This document shows positions 44,904-54,102 of a stretch of 64,000 nucleotides of DNA, one piece after another. How positions within the stretch are numbered: the stretch's first letter is position 1; each line of letters begins with the position of its first letter. A program made the position numbers and the translations under genes. The notes under the pieces are model-generated. The model saw only the letters and a program-made list of their open reading frames with translations. It ran no database searches and was not told the origin of the DNA. Source of the stretch: an uncultured delta proteobacterium (GTDB taxonomy: Bacteria > Myxococcota > Myxococcia > SLRQ01); the NCBI GenBank assembly GCA_963727485.1, contig CAVSGM010000002.1, positions 672,001-736,000 on the forward strand. Reading direction: 5' to 3'.

Positions 44904-46211
44904 GTGGTCCCCTCCCGGCGCTTCGTGCTGCTGGCGGCCGCGGGGCTGGTGCCGCTGGTCCTGGGCCTGGTGTGGGGGCCGGGGGTGGCGCTCGGCGTGG
45001 CCTGGGACCTGGGGCTGGCGGTGCTCCTCGGCGTCGACCTGGCCCTGGCGCCCCGGCCGGCGCGCCTCGAGGTGACCCGCGAGGTCGAGGACGTCCTCTC
45101 CATCGGCGCGCCGGCGACGGTGCTGCTGCGCCTCCGGTGGCGCGGCCGGCGCCGGGCGAGGGTGCGGCTGGTGGACGCGCCCCCCGAGGGCTTCACGGTC
45201 ACCGGCGCGACGGGCAGCCTGGTCCTGCCGGCCGGGGCCGAGGGCCGGCACCGCTACCGGGTGGTGCCCCACCACCGGGGCGAGCACCGCTTCGGCGACC
45301 TCCACCTGCGCCTCGAGGGCCCCCTGGGCCTGGCGCTCCGCCAGCACCGGGTGCCGCTGGCCCAGGCGGTACGCGTCTACCCCGACGTCACCGCGCTGAT
45401 GCGCGACGAACGGGCCCTCCTGGCCGCGCGGACCCTCGGGGCGCGTCGCCTGCCCCGGCGGGCCCAGGGCGGCCGGGAGTTCGACCGCCTGCGCGAGTAC
45501 GTCGCCGGCGACGACGTGCGCCACCTCGACTGGAAGGCCACCGCCCGCCGCGGCCAGCCGGTGACCCGGGAGTACCGCCCGGAGCAGAACCAGGACGTCA
45601 TCCTGATGCTCGACTGCGGGCGCCACATGCGCCCGAAGGTCGACGCCCAGACCAAGCTCGACCACGCGGTCTCCGCGGCCCTGACCCTCGCCGGGGTCGC
45701 CCTCTCGCGCGGGGACCGGGTGGGCCTGGTCGCCTTCGGCCACTCGGTCGACGCCTGGCTCCCCCCGCGCAAGGGCCGGGACCAGCTCCTGCGCATCGTC
45801 GACGCCCTCTACCCGGTGGAGGCCAGCCTCGCCGAGGCCGACTACCACGCCGCCTACGACGCCCTGGGCCGCCGGGCCCTGCGCCGGGCCCTCATCGTGA
45901 CCTTCACCGACCTCCTCGACGAGGACGCCAGCCGGGTGCTCCTCGCCCGCACCGAGCGCCTCCGGCCCCGGCACCTGCCGCTGGTGGTCACCGTGGCTGA
46001 CGGGGGGCTGGCGAAGGTGGCTCACGGGCGCCCCGACGATCGCGAGGGGGCGCTGCGCCACGTGGCCGCGGCCAGGGTGCTCCGGGATCGCGAGGCCACG
46101 GTCCGGCGCCTGGCCCTCGGGGGCGCCCTGGTGGTCGACGTCCCCGCCGAGGACCTCACCGCCGCGACCGTGAGCCGGTACCTCGAGGTGAAGGCGAGCG
46201 GGCGGCTCTGA
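44904..46211 (+). CDS. DUF58 / VWA-like MoxR partner
   Basis: EFDRLREYVAGDDVRHLDWKATARR, LDCGRHM, GDRVGL. Confidence 0.9.
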   Translation: MVPSRRFVLLAAAGLVPLVLGLVWGPGVALGVAWDLGLAVLLGVDLALAPRPARLEVTREVEDVLSIGAPATVLLRLRWRGRRRARVRLVDAPPEGFTVTGATGSLVLPAGAEGRHRYRVVPHHRGEHRFGDLHLRLEGPLGLALRQHRVPLAQAVRVYPDVTALMRDERALLAARTLGARRLPRRAQGGREFDRLREYVAGDDVRHLDWKATARRGQPVTREYRPEQNQDVILMLDCGRHMRPKVDAQTKLDHAVSAALTLAGVALSRGDRVGLVAFGHSVDAWLPPRKGRDQLLRIVDALYPVEASLAEADYHAAYDALGRRALRRALIVTFTDLLDEDASRVLLARTERLRPRHLPLVVTVADGGLAKVAHGRPDDREGALRHVAAARVLRDREATVRRLALGGALVVDVPAEDLTAATVSRYLEVKASGRL

Positions 46212-46240
46212 GGGCGGGCGACCCGGACGCGTGCCGGGTC

Positions 46241-46348
46241 CCGGCGTGTCCGGCGTGTCCGGCGTGTCCGGCGTGTCCGGCGTGTCCGGCGTGTCCGGCG
46301 TGTCCGGCGTGTCCGGCGTGTCCGGCGGGTCCGGCGGGTCCGGCGGGT
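46241..46348. repeat. 9-bp tandem repeat array
   Basis: (CCGGCGTGT)x9 followed by (CCGGCGGGT)x3, intergenic. Confidence 0.95.
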
Positions 46349-46540
46349 CCGCGGCGACGGTCTCCGCGGTGCGACCGAGCGCTTGGTGCGCTTTCGATAT
46401 CGGCACCGCGAAGCTCTCGCCTGCGAGCCAGCCGGCATCGACGGGCGTCGCGGGGCCGACCCGGCGACCCAGACCACTCGGCGCCCGCATCACGCCCCTG
46501 GCCCGCCCGCCGGCACCGGTCGCCCGAAGCCATCGTCCCC

Positions 46541-47484
46541 GGAGACGCCAAATGGCAGCCATTTCAGCTGCCGCCTGGCGCATCCTCCCCACGGCCGACT
46601 GTCAGACCCACGCCCTAGAATAGTGCCGTTTCATGATCCCGAAGCCAACGAGGAGCGCCATGTCGCGTCCACCGAACGCTCGGAGTCTCCGCGGTCCCCG
46701 CCAGCTCGGACTCGACCTGCGCACCTGGGGTGGCCGTCGCCGGGGCGCGGGCCGCAAGCCCCGGGACGCCCGGGCCGGGGTCTCCCACGGGAGCCGCCCT
46801 CCCGTGGCCTCGGGCCACCCGGTCCACGTCACCCTCAGGGTGCGCCGGCACGTGTTCAACCTTCGGGCCCGGCGGTGCCAGCGGGTCCTCGAGGCCGCGT
46901 TCACCGCCGCGCGCGAGCGCAACGGCCTGCGCCTGGTCCACTACTCGGTCCAGGGCAACCACCTGCACCTGCTGGTCGAGGCGCAGGGCCGAACCTCGCT
47001 GTCGCGGGGCATGCAGGGGCTGACCATCCGCCTGGCGCGGGCACTCAACCGGGTAATGGGGCGCCGGGGGAAGGTCTTCGCCGACCGGTTCCACGGGCAC
47101 GTGCTGCGTTCACCTCGCGAGGTGCGCAACGCCCTGCGCTACGTCCTCGGCAACGCGCAGCGGCACGGCACCTGGCGGCGCGCGGAACGCCGGGGGCCCC
47201 TCTTCGACCCCTGCGCCTCCGGGCGGTTCTTCGACGGCTGGCGTGGACCCCTGCCGGCCACCGCGGCGCTGGCGGAGCCCGGTCACGGCAGCCCGGTGAG
47301 TCCCCCGCGAACCTGGCTGCTCCGCGTGGGGTGGCGGCGCGGCGGGCTCATCCCGGTGCCGTGATCGTCCACCGAGGTCGCAGCCGGCACGCCGGGCCGC
47401 AGACGCCGGCGATCCCTGCGCCGCCGCGCCAGGGATCCCCGACCCGCGCCAGGTGGCAGCCTCACCCGACGCCAGATGGCAGCC
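46541..47484. mobile_element. RAYT-like HUH nuclease gene bracketed by REP-like motifs
   Basis: Motif CGCCARRYGGCAGC at 46544-46560 (+), 46567-46581 (-), 47446-47461 (+) and 47468-47484 (+). Confidence 0.55.
46660..47364 (+). CDS. REP-associated tyrosine transposase (RAYT) / IS200-like Y1 HUH nuclease
   Basis: HVTLR, YSVQGNHLHLLVE (HUH), GKVFADRFH, LRYVLGN (Tyr); AGGAG RBS before ATG 46660. Confidence 0.85.
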   Translation: MSRPPNARSLRGPRQLGLDLRTWGGRRRGAGRKPRDARAGVSHGSRPPVASGHPVHVTLRVRRHVFNLRARRCQRVLEAAFTAARERNGLRLVHYSVQGNHLHLLVEAQGRTSLSRGMQGLTIRLARALNRVMGRRGKVFADRFHGHVLRSPREVRNALRYVLGNAQRHGTWRRAERRGPLFDPCASGRFFDGWRGPLPATAALAEPGHGSPVSPPRTWLLRVGWRRGGLIPVP

Positions 47485-47524
47485 TTATCCGGCCTCGGCG
47501 GCCGTCACGCAGCCCCGCCGAGTC

Positions 47525-48526
47525 TCACGCGGCCCCGGCGTCCTCGTCCGGGGCCGGCGCCTCCCCCGCCGACCGCGCCAGGAGCCACTCGGCCATGGGC
47601 GTGAACACCTTCTGCTCCGCCTCGTGGCTCACGAAGAGGTCGGCGTGGGCGAACCAGGCCTCGGCGTCGCCCACCTCCAGGACGTCCACGGAGCCCGGGG
47701 CGAAGACCTGCTTCACCGAGAGCACCGCCTCCGGGGGCACGATGCCGTCGGCGTTGGCCACCACGCAGAGGGTGGGCAGCGCCAGGTTCGCCAGGTCCCA
47801 GGTCACCACCTGGCCGTCGACCACCAGCTCCCGATCCCGGACCCAGTGGGCGATCTGCCGGTTGAGGTGGGGGTGCGGGTCCTCCACGGTCTGGACCAGC
47901 TCGTCGGTGAGGTCGATCTGCGAGGCGTTCATGTAGAGGGCGAGCACCGCCGGGAAGCGCCGGGCCAGCGGTAGCACCGCACGGGCGAGGCGCCGGGTCC
48001 CGCGCATGGGCACCCGGCCGATGATCCCGGGGCTGACGGCGAGCAGCTTGAGCAGCGGGTGCACCCGGTCCCAGCGCAGCGGCCCGCCGAGGCTCACCAG
48101 CGACGCCAGGTCGTGGTCTTCGCGGTGGCGCGCGAGCCAGGCGTAGAGGAGGGTCGCCCCGAGGCTGGCGCCGATGGCGTGGAGCTGGTCCCGGCGGCTC
48201 CCGGTCTCGTTGCGCACCAGCTCCAGGACCCGGGGAAGGTCCACCAGGGCCAGCTCCCGGAAGCCGATCTGCCGGCTCCCGCTCCGGCGCCGCGAGCCGC
48301 CCTGCCCCCGGAGGTTCGAGGTCCACACCTCGAAGCCACGGCCGGCGAGGTACTCCACCAGCGACGCGCCCCGGGGGTGGAAGCCGAGGACGAAGCTGTT
48401 CATCCCGTAGCCGGGGACGATGAGGATCGGCGGGAGCTCGGGATCGAAGGCGGCGGGATCCTGGTGGCGCGCGACGTCGAGGTCCCAGCCCTGGCCGTTG
48501 TCGGGGGCGAAGGTGCGGGTGTCCAT
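47525..48526 (-). CDS. Alpha/beta hydrolase (PhaC/lipase-like fold)
   Basis: [17 protein letters not shown] nucleophile elbow, DGIVP, FAHADLF. Confidence 0.85.
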   Translation of the reverse strand: MDTRTFAPDNGQGWDLDVARHQDPAAFDPELPPILIVPGYGMNSFVLGFHPRGASLVEYLAGRGFEVWTSNLRGQGGSRRRSGSRQIGFRELALVDLPRVLELVRNETGSRRDQLHAIGASLGATLLYAWLARHREDHDLASLVSLGGPLRWDRVHPLLKLLAVSPGIIGRVPMRGTRRLARAVLPLARRFPAVLALYMNASQIDLTDELVQTVEDPHPHLNRQIAHWVRDRELVVDGQVVTWDLANLALPTLCVVANADGIVPPEAVLSVKQVFAPGSVDVLEVGDAEAWFAHADLFVSHEAEQKVFTPMAEWLLARSAGEAPAPDEDAGAA

Positions 48527-48569
48527 GCCGGCGTCCATCATCGCACACCCCCCACGCCGACCTCCCCTG

Positions 48570-48786
48570 CTTTCGCGCGGACCCGGAAGCGCCGGAGGGG
48601 CCTTCCCCTCCGAGCGCCAGGTGAGGCGCGGCCGGCACGTCGTCCGCGGCGACAAGGAGCTCCTGGAGAAGCTCGGCCGCAACGCCCCCTGCCCCTGCGG
48701 GTCCTGGCGCCGCTTTCGAGCGCTGCTGCCTGCGCTCCAGCCGCTTCGACGGGGCGCTGCGCGACGACTCCCACCGGGAGCGGTGA
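48570..48786 (+). pseudogene. Degenerate small SEC-C (SecA zinc-binding) motif protein with two frameshifts
   Basis: KRRRG | [10 protein letters not shown]...[23 protein letters not shown] | [12 protein letters not shown]; pieces lie in different frames and there is no clear start. Confidence 0.55.
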
Positions 48787-48931
48787 ACGCGGCCGGCGGG
48801 CGCGCGGGGGGGGGCCGCAGCAGCTCGACCCCGGCGCCAGCCTCGTCCCGGTCCCCGCCAACCGGCTGCCCCCCCCGGCGCCCTTGCGGCCTCGGGCCCG
48901 GGGGGCATCCTGCCCTGCGGAGGTGACCCCC

Positions 48932-49213
48932 ATGCGCGCGACCTGGCACGGCAAGACCCTCGCCGAGAGCGACGACACCGTCGTGGTCGAGGGCAACCAC
49001 TACTTCCCCCGGGACGCGGTGGACCCGGCGGTCCTCCGCCCGAGCGAGCACCACAGCGTCTGCCCCTGGAAGGGCCAGGCGAGCTACTTCGACGTGGTGG
49101 TGGACGGCGAGGCCAACGAGAGCGCCTGCTGGACCTACGAGGATCCCAAGCCCGCCGCCGACGAGATCCGCGGCCGGGTGGCCTTCTGGAAGGGCGTGGT
49201 CGTCGCGCCCTGA
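48932..49213 (+). CDS. DUF427 protein
   Basis: AESDDTVVVEGNHYFP, CPWKGQASY, WTYEDPKPAA..I.GRVAFWKGV. Confidence 0.92.
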   Translation: MRATWHGKTLAESDDTVVVEGNHYFPRDAVDPAVLRPSEHHSVCPWKGQASYFDVVVDGEANESACWTYEDPKPAADEIRGRVAFWKGVVVAP

Positions 49214-49224
49214 GGCGGCCCCGC

Positions 49225-50157
49225 CTAGACCTTGAGCCGCAGCGCCCCGGGGACGATGCGCACGGTCACCGGCAGGCGCCCGGGCTGCTCGCCGTCGAGG
49301 TCGAGGAGCACCGTCTCCTCGCTCGTCGCCTCGACCACCTTCGCCCGGAGCGTGCGGGTGCGCGGGTCGTCGACGTGGCTGCCGTCGTAGACCATCTTCG
49401 ACTTGAGGGCGAAGTCGGTGAGGGTGTAGCCGCGCCAGATGGTCACGTCGAAGAGGCCGTCGTCCATCTCGGCCTTGGGCGCCACCTGCATCCCCCCGCC
49501 GAAGAACCGGCCGTTGCACACCGCGACGCTGGTGACCGCGACGGTCTCCGGCTCGCCGCCGTCGAAGCGCAGGGTGACGGTCTGGTCCCGGTAGCCGAGC
49601 AGCGCCTTCACCGAGCCCCACATGAACGAGACCCGGCCCCCGAGCGCCTTGCTCGAGTGGTTGACCTTGTCGACGACCTGCCCGCCGATGCCAAACGAGG
49701 TGATGTTGATGAACGGCCGCAGGTGCTCGGCGCCGTCGTGGCCGACATAGGTCACCAGGCCCGCGTCCACGCGCTTGGTCTCCCGGCCGGCCAGCCGCGC
49801 GCAGGCCCCGGCGATCTCGGTGGAGACGCCCACGGTGCGCCGGAGGTCGCCGCCGGTCCCCTGGGGGATGAGGCCGAGGACCGCGTCGGGGTTGACCGGC
49901 GTCTCCCCGTCGAAGAAGCCGCCGACCACCTCGTTGAAGGTGCCGTCGCCGCCGACCCCGACGATCATCTCGTAGCCCTTGCCCAGCGCCTCCCGGGCGA
50001 GCTCGGTGGCGTGCTCCGGGCCCTTGGTGAAGGCGTGGTCGAAGGCGCCCACCGCGGCGCGGACCTGCTCGGCGATGCGGTGGAAGCGCTTGCCGGTGGC
50101 CCCGCCGGCGGCCTTGGGGTTGACCACCAGGAAGGTCTTGAAGTGCTCGGCGCTCAC
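49225..50157 (-). CDS. Soluble diacylglycerol/lipid kinase (YegS/Rv2252/BmrU family)
   Basis: VVNPKAAGG, GGDGTFNEV, PQGTGGD, NGRFFGGG, DLDGE. Confidence 0.92.
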   Translation of the reverse strand: MSAEHFKTFLVVNPKAAGGATGKRFHRIAEQVRAAVGAFDHAFTKGPEHATELAREALGKGYEMIVGVGGDGTFNEVVGGFFDGETPVNPDAVLGLIPQGTGGDLRRTVGVSTEIAGACARLAGRETKRVDAGLVTYVGHDGAEHLRPFINITSFGIGGQVVDKVNHSSKALGGRVSFMWGSVKALLGYRDQTVTLRFDGGEPETVAVTSVAVCNGRFFGGGMQVAPKAEMDDGLFDVTIWRGYTLTDFALKSKMVYDGSHVDDPRTRTLRAKVVEATSEETVLLDLDGEQPGRLPVTVRIVPGALRLKV

Positions 50158-51368
50158 GGGATCTCCATGCCCAGGTAGGCGGCGACGACGTCCACGAGGT
50201 CCAGGGCGCGGGCGCCCGCGTCCCGGAACCGACCCTCGCACGTGGGGCAGGCGGTGACGATGATCTTCTCGCCGGCGGGCGCCTCCCCGGGGATCCCCGA
50301 GGAGGTGCCCGTGAGGTCGGCGACCCGGGCCCGGGTGATGGCGTCGGCGGTCTGGGGGCTGGTGTCCGGGAGGAGCCCGCCGCCGCCGGAGCAGTAGCCG
50401 TGCGCGCCCATGAACGGCGCCGCCTCGCCCAGGGGCCGCTTCGAGAGGTGGCGCACCAGCTCCCGGGGCGCCTCGGTCTTCCCCAGGTGCCGGCCGAGGT
50501 AGCAGGGGTCGTGGTAGACGAGGTCGAGATCCAGCGGCGGCGCCGTGGGCGCGTGGCGCAGGGCCGGGCGCAGCAGGTCCACCAGGTGCCCCACCGTCTT
50601 CGCCGGGGGGTCGATGCCGGCGATCTCGGGATAGGCCACCTGCAGGGTCCAGGCGCACTCCGGGGAGCCGGTGAACACCGCCCGGGCCCCGTCGAGGGCG
50701 CCTTCGACCTTGCGCGCCTGGGCCCGGAAGCCCTCGAGGTCGCCTGCGGCCAGCAGCGGGTAGCCGCAGCACTGGACCTCGCCGGCGTAGACGACCAGGT
50801 CCGCCTCCCCGAGGCGGTCGGCCACCGCCAGGGTCCGCTCGACGAGGTCCGGCCGGTGGTGGAGGGTGTCGCAGCCGGCCCAGAGGACCCGCCGGCCCCG
50901 GCCGAGGATCGCCGGCACCCGCCCCCGGTCCCGGCGCACCGGCCCCCGGGTCCCGACCTTCCGGTCGTCGGGGAGGGCGTCGAGGGGGCCGCGGAGGTCG
51001 ACGCCGTAGGGGTTCCCCGAGTCGCGGAACCGCCCCAGGAGCGCCTCGACCTCCGGGAGCACCGTGCCACGCTCCACCGCCACCGCCCGGGCGGCGAAGA
51101 GGGACCGGCCCACGGCGTTCTCGTGCTCGCAGAAGGTGGTGCACAGCCCGCAGCCCAGGCACTTGTAGAAGAGCGCCGTGGTGTCGGCGTCGGCCTCGAG
51201 ATCGCCGGTGCGCAGCTGCCCCGCCGCGGCGTTCTTCTCGCGCGGGGTCACCGCCTCGTCGCGGTCGGCGTTGGAGACCGGGCAGGCGTGGTGGCACAGC
51301 CGCGGGCAGAGCTGGCAGTTGCGCTGCTCTACGTCGTGGGCCTCGAGGGCGGCCTCGGCGACCGTCAC
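50154..51368 (-). CDS. Fe-S oxidoreductase with CCG domains (GlcF/GlpC/HdrD-like)
   Basis: CQLCPRLCHHACP, CLGCGLCTTFC, QCCG, YHDPCYLGR, TACPTC. Confidence 0.85.
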   Translation of the reverse strand: MTVAEAALEAHDVEQRNCQLCPRLCHHACPVSNADRDEAVTPREKNAAAGQLRTGDLEADADTTALFYKCLGCGLCTTFCEHENAVGRSLFAARAVAVERGTVLPEVEALLGRFRDSGNPYGVDLRGPLDALPDDRKVGTRGPVRRDRGRVPAILGRGRRVLWAGCDTLHHRPDLVERTLAVADRLGEADLVVYAGEVQCCGYPLLAAGDLEGFRAQARKVEGALDGARAVFTGSPECAWTLQVAYPEIAGIDPPAKTVGHLVDLLRPALRHAPTAPPLDLDLVYHDPCYLGRHLGKTEAPRELVRHLSKRPLGEAAPFMGAHGYCSGGGGLLPDTSPQTADAITRARVADLTGTSSGIPGEAPAGEKIIVTACPTCEGRFRDAGARALDLVDVVAAYLGMEIP

Positions 51369-52510
51369 GCGTCCTCCCCGCCGACGGCGTCGGCGACGTC
51401 GAGGAGCCAGGGGCCGGCGTCGGGGTCGCCCTGGAGCCGGCACCCGGCGCGCCGGGCGACCTCGGCGGCCTCGTCCCCCCGGCCGGCGGGGACGGCGAGG
51501 AGGGCCACCACCCCGTCGGGCAGCGCCCGGGCCAGGTGGACCCGGGCGGTGTCGCCCACCGCCTCGAGGAGGGCCCTGCGGACCACCGGCAGGCGCGACC
51601 AGCGACACAGGGCGGTGAGGACCTCGGCGTCGCCGGGGATCGCCCGGCGGACCTCCACCGGCCCCGCGGCCCCGTCACCGCCGCCGGCGCGCGGGAGGCC
51701 GGTGCGCGCCTCGGTGGCCACCCGGCGGCCGCCGCCGGCGCCGCAGACCTCGTCGACCACCGTGGCCTCGAGGCCCACGCGCCGGGCCTCGCCGTGGCGC
51801 TCCCAGGTGAGGTGGGCCTCACCCTCGGGGCCGCCGTCGACGACGCCGAAGCGGTCCGGGAGGAGATCGCGCCCGAGGCACTCCGCCGCCGCCGCCACCG
51901 CCGAGGCGTAGTCGGGGAAGGCGTGGACCACCCGGCGCAGGAGCTGGGGGAGCCCGTGGACCCGGAGGGTGGCGCCGGTGATGACCCCCACCCGCCCCTG
52001 CCCCCCGACGAGGAGGGCCTTGAGGTCGGGGCCGGTGGCGCTCCTCGGGGCGACGGTGGTCTCGAGGGGCGTGCCGTCGAGGAGCACCGCCTCCAGGGCC
52101 ACCACCGGGCTCCACCCGGGGAGGGCCGCGGCGCCCCCGGGCCCCGGCTCGCCGGCGGCGAGGAGGGCGCCGAGGGGGGACGCCGGGAGCTCGGGCCAGC
52201 CGAGGGTGAGGCGGGCCTCGTGGAGGACCCGCTCCAGGCTGTCCACCGGGACGCCGGCCCCGACGCGGACCAGGTGGCTCTCGGCGTTCACCTCGATGGC
52301 GTCGAGGCCCTCGAGGTCGAGGGCCACGCCCTGGTCTCCCGGGGCGGCGTCGGCGCCGGCGAGGGCCACCGGTGCCCCGGCGTCCCGGCAGGCGGCGACC
52401 ACCCGGGCCACCGACCCGGGATCCGGCGGGCGGACCCGGAGGCCCCCGCCGTCGGCGATGCCCACCGCCGAGGCCCCGCAGGCCGCCACCAGCGCCTCCC
52501 GGAGGGTCAC
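51365..52510 (-). CDS. FAD-linked oxidase-family subunit (GlcE-like, degenerate)
   Basis: VRVGAGV, PRSATGPDLKALLVGGQGRVGVITGATLR; no HHHG motif. Confidence 0.75.
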   Translation of the reverse strand: MTLREALVAACGASAVGIADGGGLRVRPPDPGSVARVVAACRDAGAPVALAGADAAPGDQGVALDLEGLDAIEVNAESHLVRVGAGVPVDSLERVLHEARLTLGWPELPASPLGALLAAGEPGPGGAAALPGWSPVVALEAVLLDGTPLETTVAPRSATGPDLKALLVGGQGRVGVITGATLRVHGLPQLLRRVVHAFPDYASAVAAAAECLGRDLLPDRFGVVDGGPEGEAHLTWERHGEARRVGLEATVVDEVCGAGGGRRVATEARTGLPRAGGGDGAAGPVEVRRAIPGDAEVLTALCRWSRLPVVRRALLEAVGDTARVHLARALPDGVVALLAVPAGRGDEAAEVARRAGCRLQGDPDAGPWLLDVADAVGGEDA

Positions 52511-54102
52511 GACGCCGCCTCCGCGCGCCAGGGGGTACCCGGGAGCGCCGGCCCGTCGCCGAGGCCGAGCTTGCCCGGGTTGAGGATCCCCGCCGGGTCG
52601 GCGGCGCCCTTGAGGGCCCGGAGGAGCCGCTGGCCGCCGGCGCCGAGCTCCCGGGCCATGAACCGCTGCTTGGCCATCCCCACCCCGTGGTGGTGGCTGA
52701 TGGTGGCCCCGGCGGAGGCCACGGCCTCCAGGGCCGCCGACCAGGTGGCGTCGTAGCGGCCGATCCCGTGGGCGGCGTCCCCGCTCCACCCGGTGAAGGT
52801 GAAGTAGATGGAGCAGCCCTCCTCGTAGGCGTGGGAGAAGTGGGCCATGACGAAGGCGTGATCGCGAAGCGCCCGACGCACCGTCGCGTAGAGGTCCGCC
52901 AGGCGATCCCAGGTGGTGGCGACCTCCATGGTATCGACGAAGGCGCCGGCGTCGAGACTTGGTGAGAGCTTGTAGCTCACCGCGTACCGGTGCTCGAGCC
53001 AGTGCTCCCCAGGGCCGGGCCCGAGGTCGGCGCCCCCGAGCTCGGCGCAGAGGGCGCGGCAGCGCTCGGCCTCGTGGTCGACGAGGCGCTCCACCTGCCC
53101 CTCGCTCCCCAGGACCAGCAGCGCCTTGCGCCCCAGGCGATCGACCGCGGCGTTGAGGACCGCCGGCCGGGTCAGGGCCAGACGCAGCGCCTCGCCGGTG
53201 AGCCGCTCGAGGGGCAGGCGCCCGGTCACGCCCCGGAGCGCCCGGCCCGCCGGGGCCAGCAGCGTCGACAGGGGCCCGCCGCCCCCGGTGCGGGTGCCCT
53301 TGCCCTTGTTCACCAGGGTGTCGAGGGGGTCGTAGAGGCGCACCACCGAGGGCCGGTGCCCCTCGGCGAGGATCCGGCGCATGGCCTCGAGGCCGGCGGC
53401 GGTGGAGGGCATGAGCACCCCGCGCATCCGCCGGAACGCCGGCGCCCGGCGCACCCGGAGCACCGCCTCGGTGACCACCCCCAGGACCCCTTCGCTGCCG
53501 ATGACCAGCTGCGCCGGATCGCGCCCGAGGACCCGGGGCCCGGCCTCGAGGCGGTGAACCTCGCCGGTGCCGTCGACGAAGGTCAGCCCGCTGACCAGGT
53601 CCTCGATCTTCCCGTAGCGCGAGCTCATCTGCCCGGCGCTCCGGGCGGCGACCCAGCCCCCGACGGTGGAGGTGTAGATGGACGAGGGGAAGTGGCCGAG
53701 GGTGTAGCCCTGGCGGCCGAGGCGGTCCTCGAGGTGCTGGCCGAGGGCCCCGGCGCCGACGGTGACCAGGCGATCCACCCGGTCGACCTCGCCCACGGCG
53801 TCGAGGCGCTTCATGTCCACCACGAGGCCACCGTGGAGGGGCACGGTGCCCCCGCAGACCCCGCTCCCGGCGCCGTAGGCGATCAGCGGCACGCCCTCGG
53901 CGGCGCAGAGGCGCACCAGGGACGCGACCTCGTCGGTGGACCCGGGCCAGCACACCAGGTCCGGGGGCTTCAGGGCCCTCGCCTCCCGGGCGAGGAGCAG
54001 GAGCCGGGGCCAGGCGTCCCGGGCGTAGGCGGCGCGGCGCGAGGGCGCGGCGGAGACGTGGGCGTCCCCGACGACCTTCGCGACCCGCGCCGGGAAGGTC
54101 AC
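52507..54102 (-). CDS. Alkyl-dihydroxyacetonephosphate synthase-like FAD-linked enzyme (VAO/PCMH fold)
   Basis: YGAGSGVCGG, TLGHFPSSIYTSTVGGWVAARSAGQMSSRYGKIED, GSEGVLGV, HFSHAY..G.SIYFTF, ISHHHGVG. Confidence 0.8.
   Translation of the reverse strand: MTFPARVAKVVGDAHVSAAPSRRAAYARDAWPRLLLLAREARALKPPDLVCWPGSTDEVASLVRLCAAEGVPLIAYGAGSGVCGGTVPLHGGLVVDMKRLDAVGEVDRVDRLVTVGAGALGQHLEDRLGRQGYTLGHFPSSIYTSTVGGWVAARSAGQMSSRYGKIEDLVSGLTFVDGTGEVHRLEAGPRVLGRDPAQLVIGSEGVLGVVTEAVLRVRRAPAFRRMRGVLMPSTAAGLEAMRRILAEGHRPSVVRLYDPLDTLVNKGKGTRTGGGGPLSTLLAPAGRALRGVTGRLPLERLTGEALRLALTRPAVLNAAVDRLGRKALLVLGSEGQVERLVDHEAERCRALCAELGGADLGPGPGEHWLEHRYAVSYKLSPSLDAGAFVDTMEVATTWDRLADLYATVRRALRDHAFVMAHFSHAYEEGCSIYFTFTGWSGDAAHGIGRYDATWSAALEAVASAGATISHHHGVGMAKQRFMARELGAGGQRLLRALKGAADPAGILNPGKLGLGDGPALPGTPWRAEAAS

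Noticed and set aside
46241..46348. Tandem array as a CRISPR, or as coding (GVS)n / (PDT)n / (AGH)n peptides
   Set aside because: No unique spacers or cas genes; the ORFs over it lack an RBS and are expected from a stop-free 9-mer in GC-rich DNA
46660..47364. IS200/IS605 element with TnpB or RNA-guided cargo
   Set aside because: No tnpB/iscB ORF or recognisable guide RNA adjacent; a solitary HUH gene fits RAYT better
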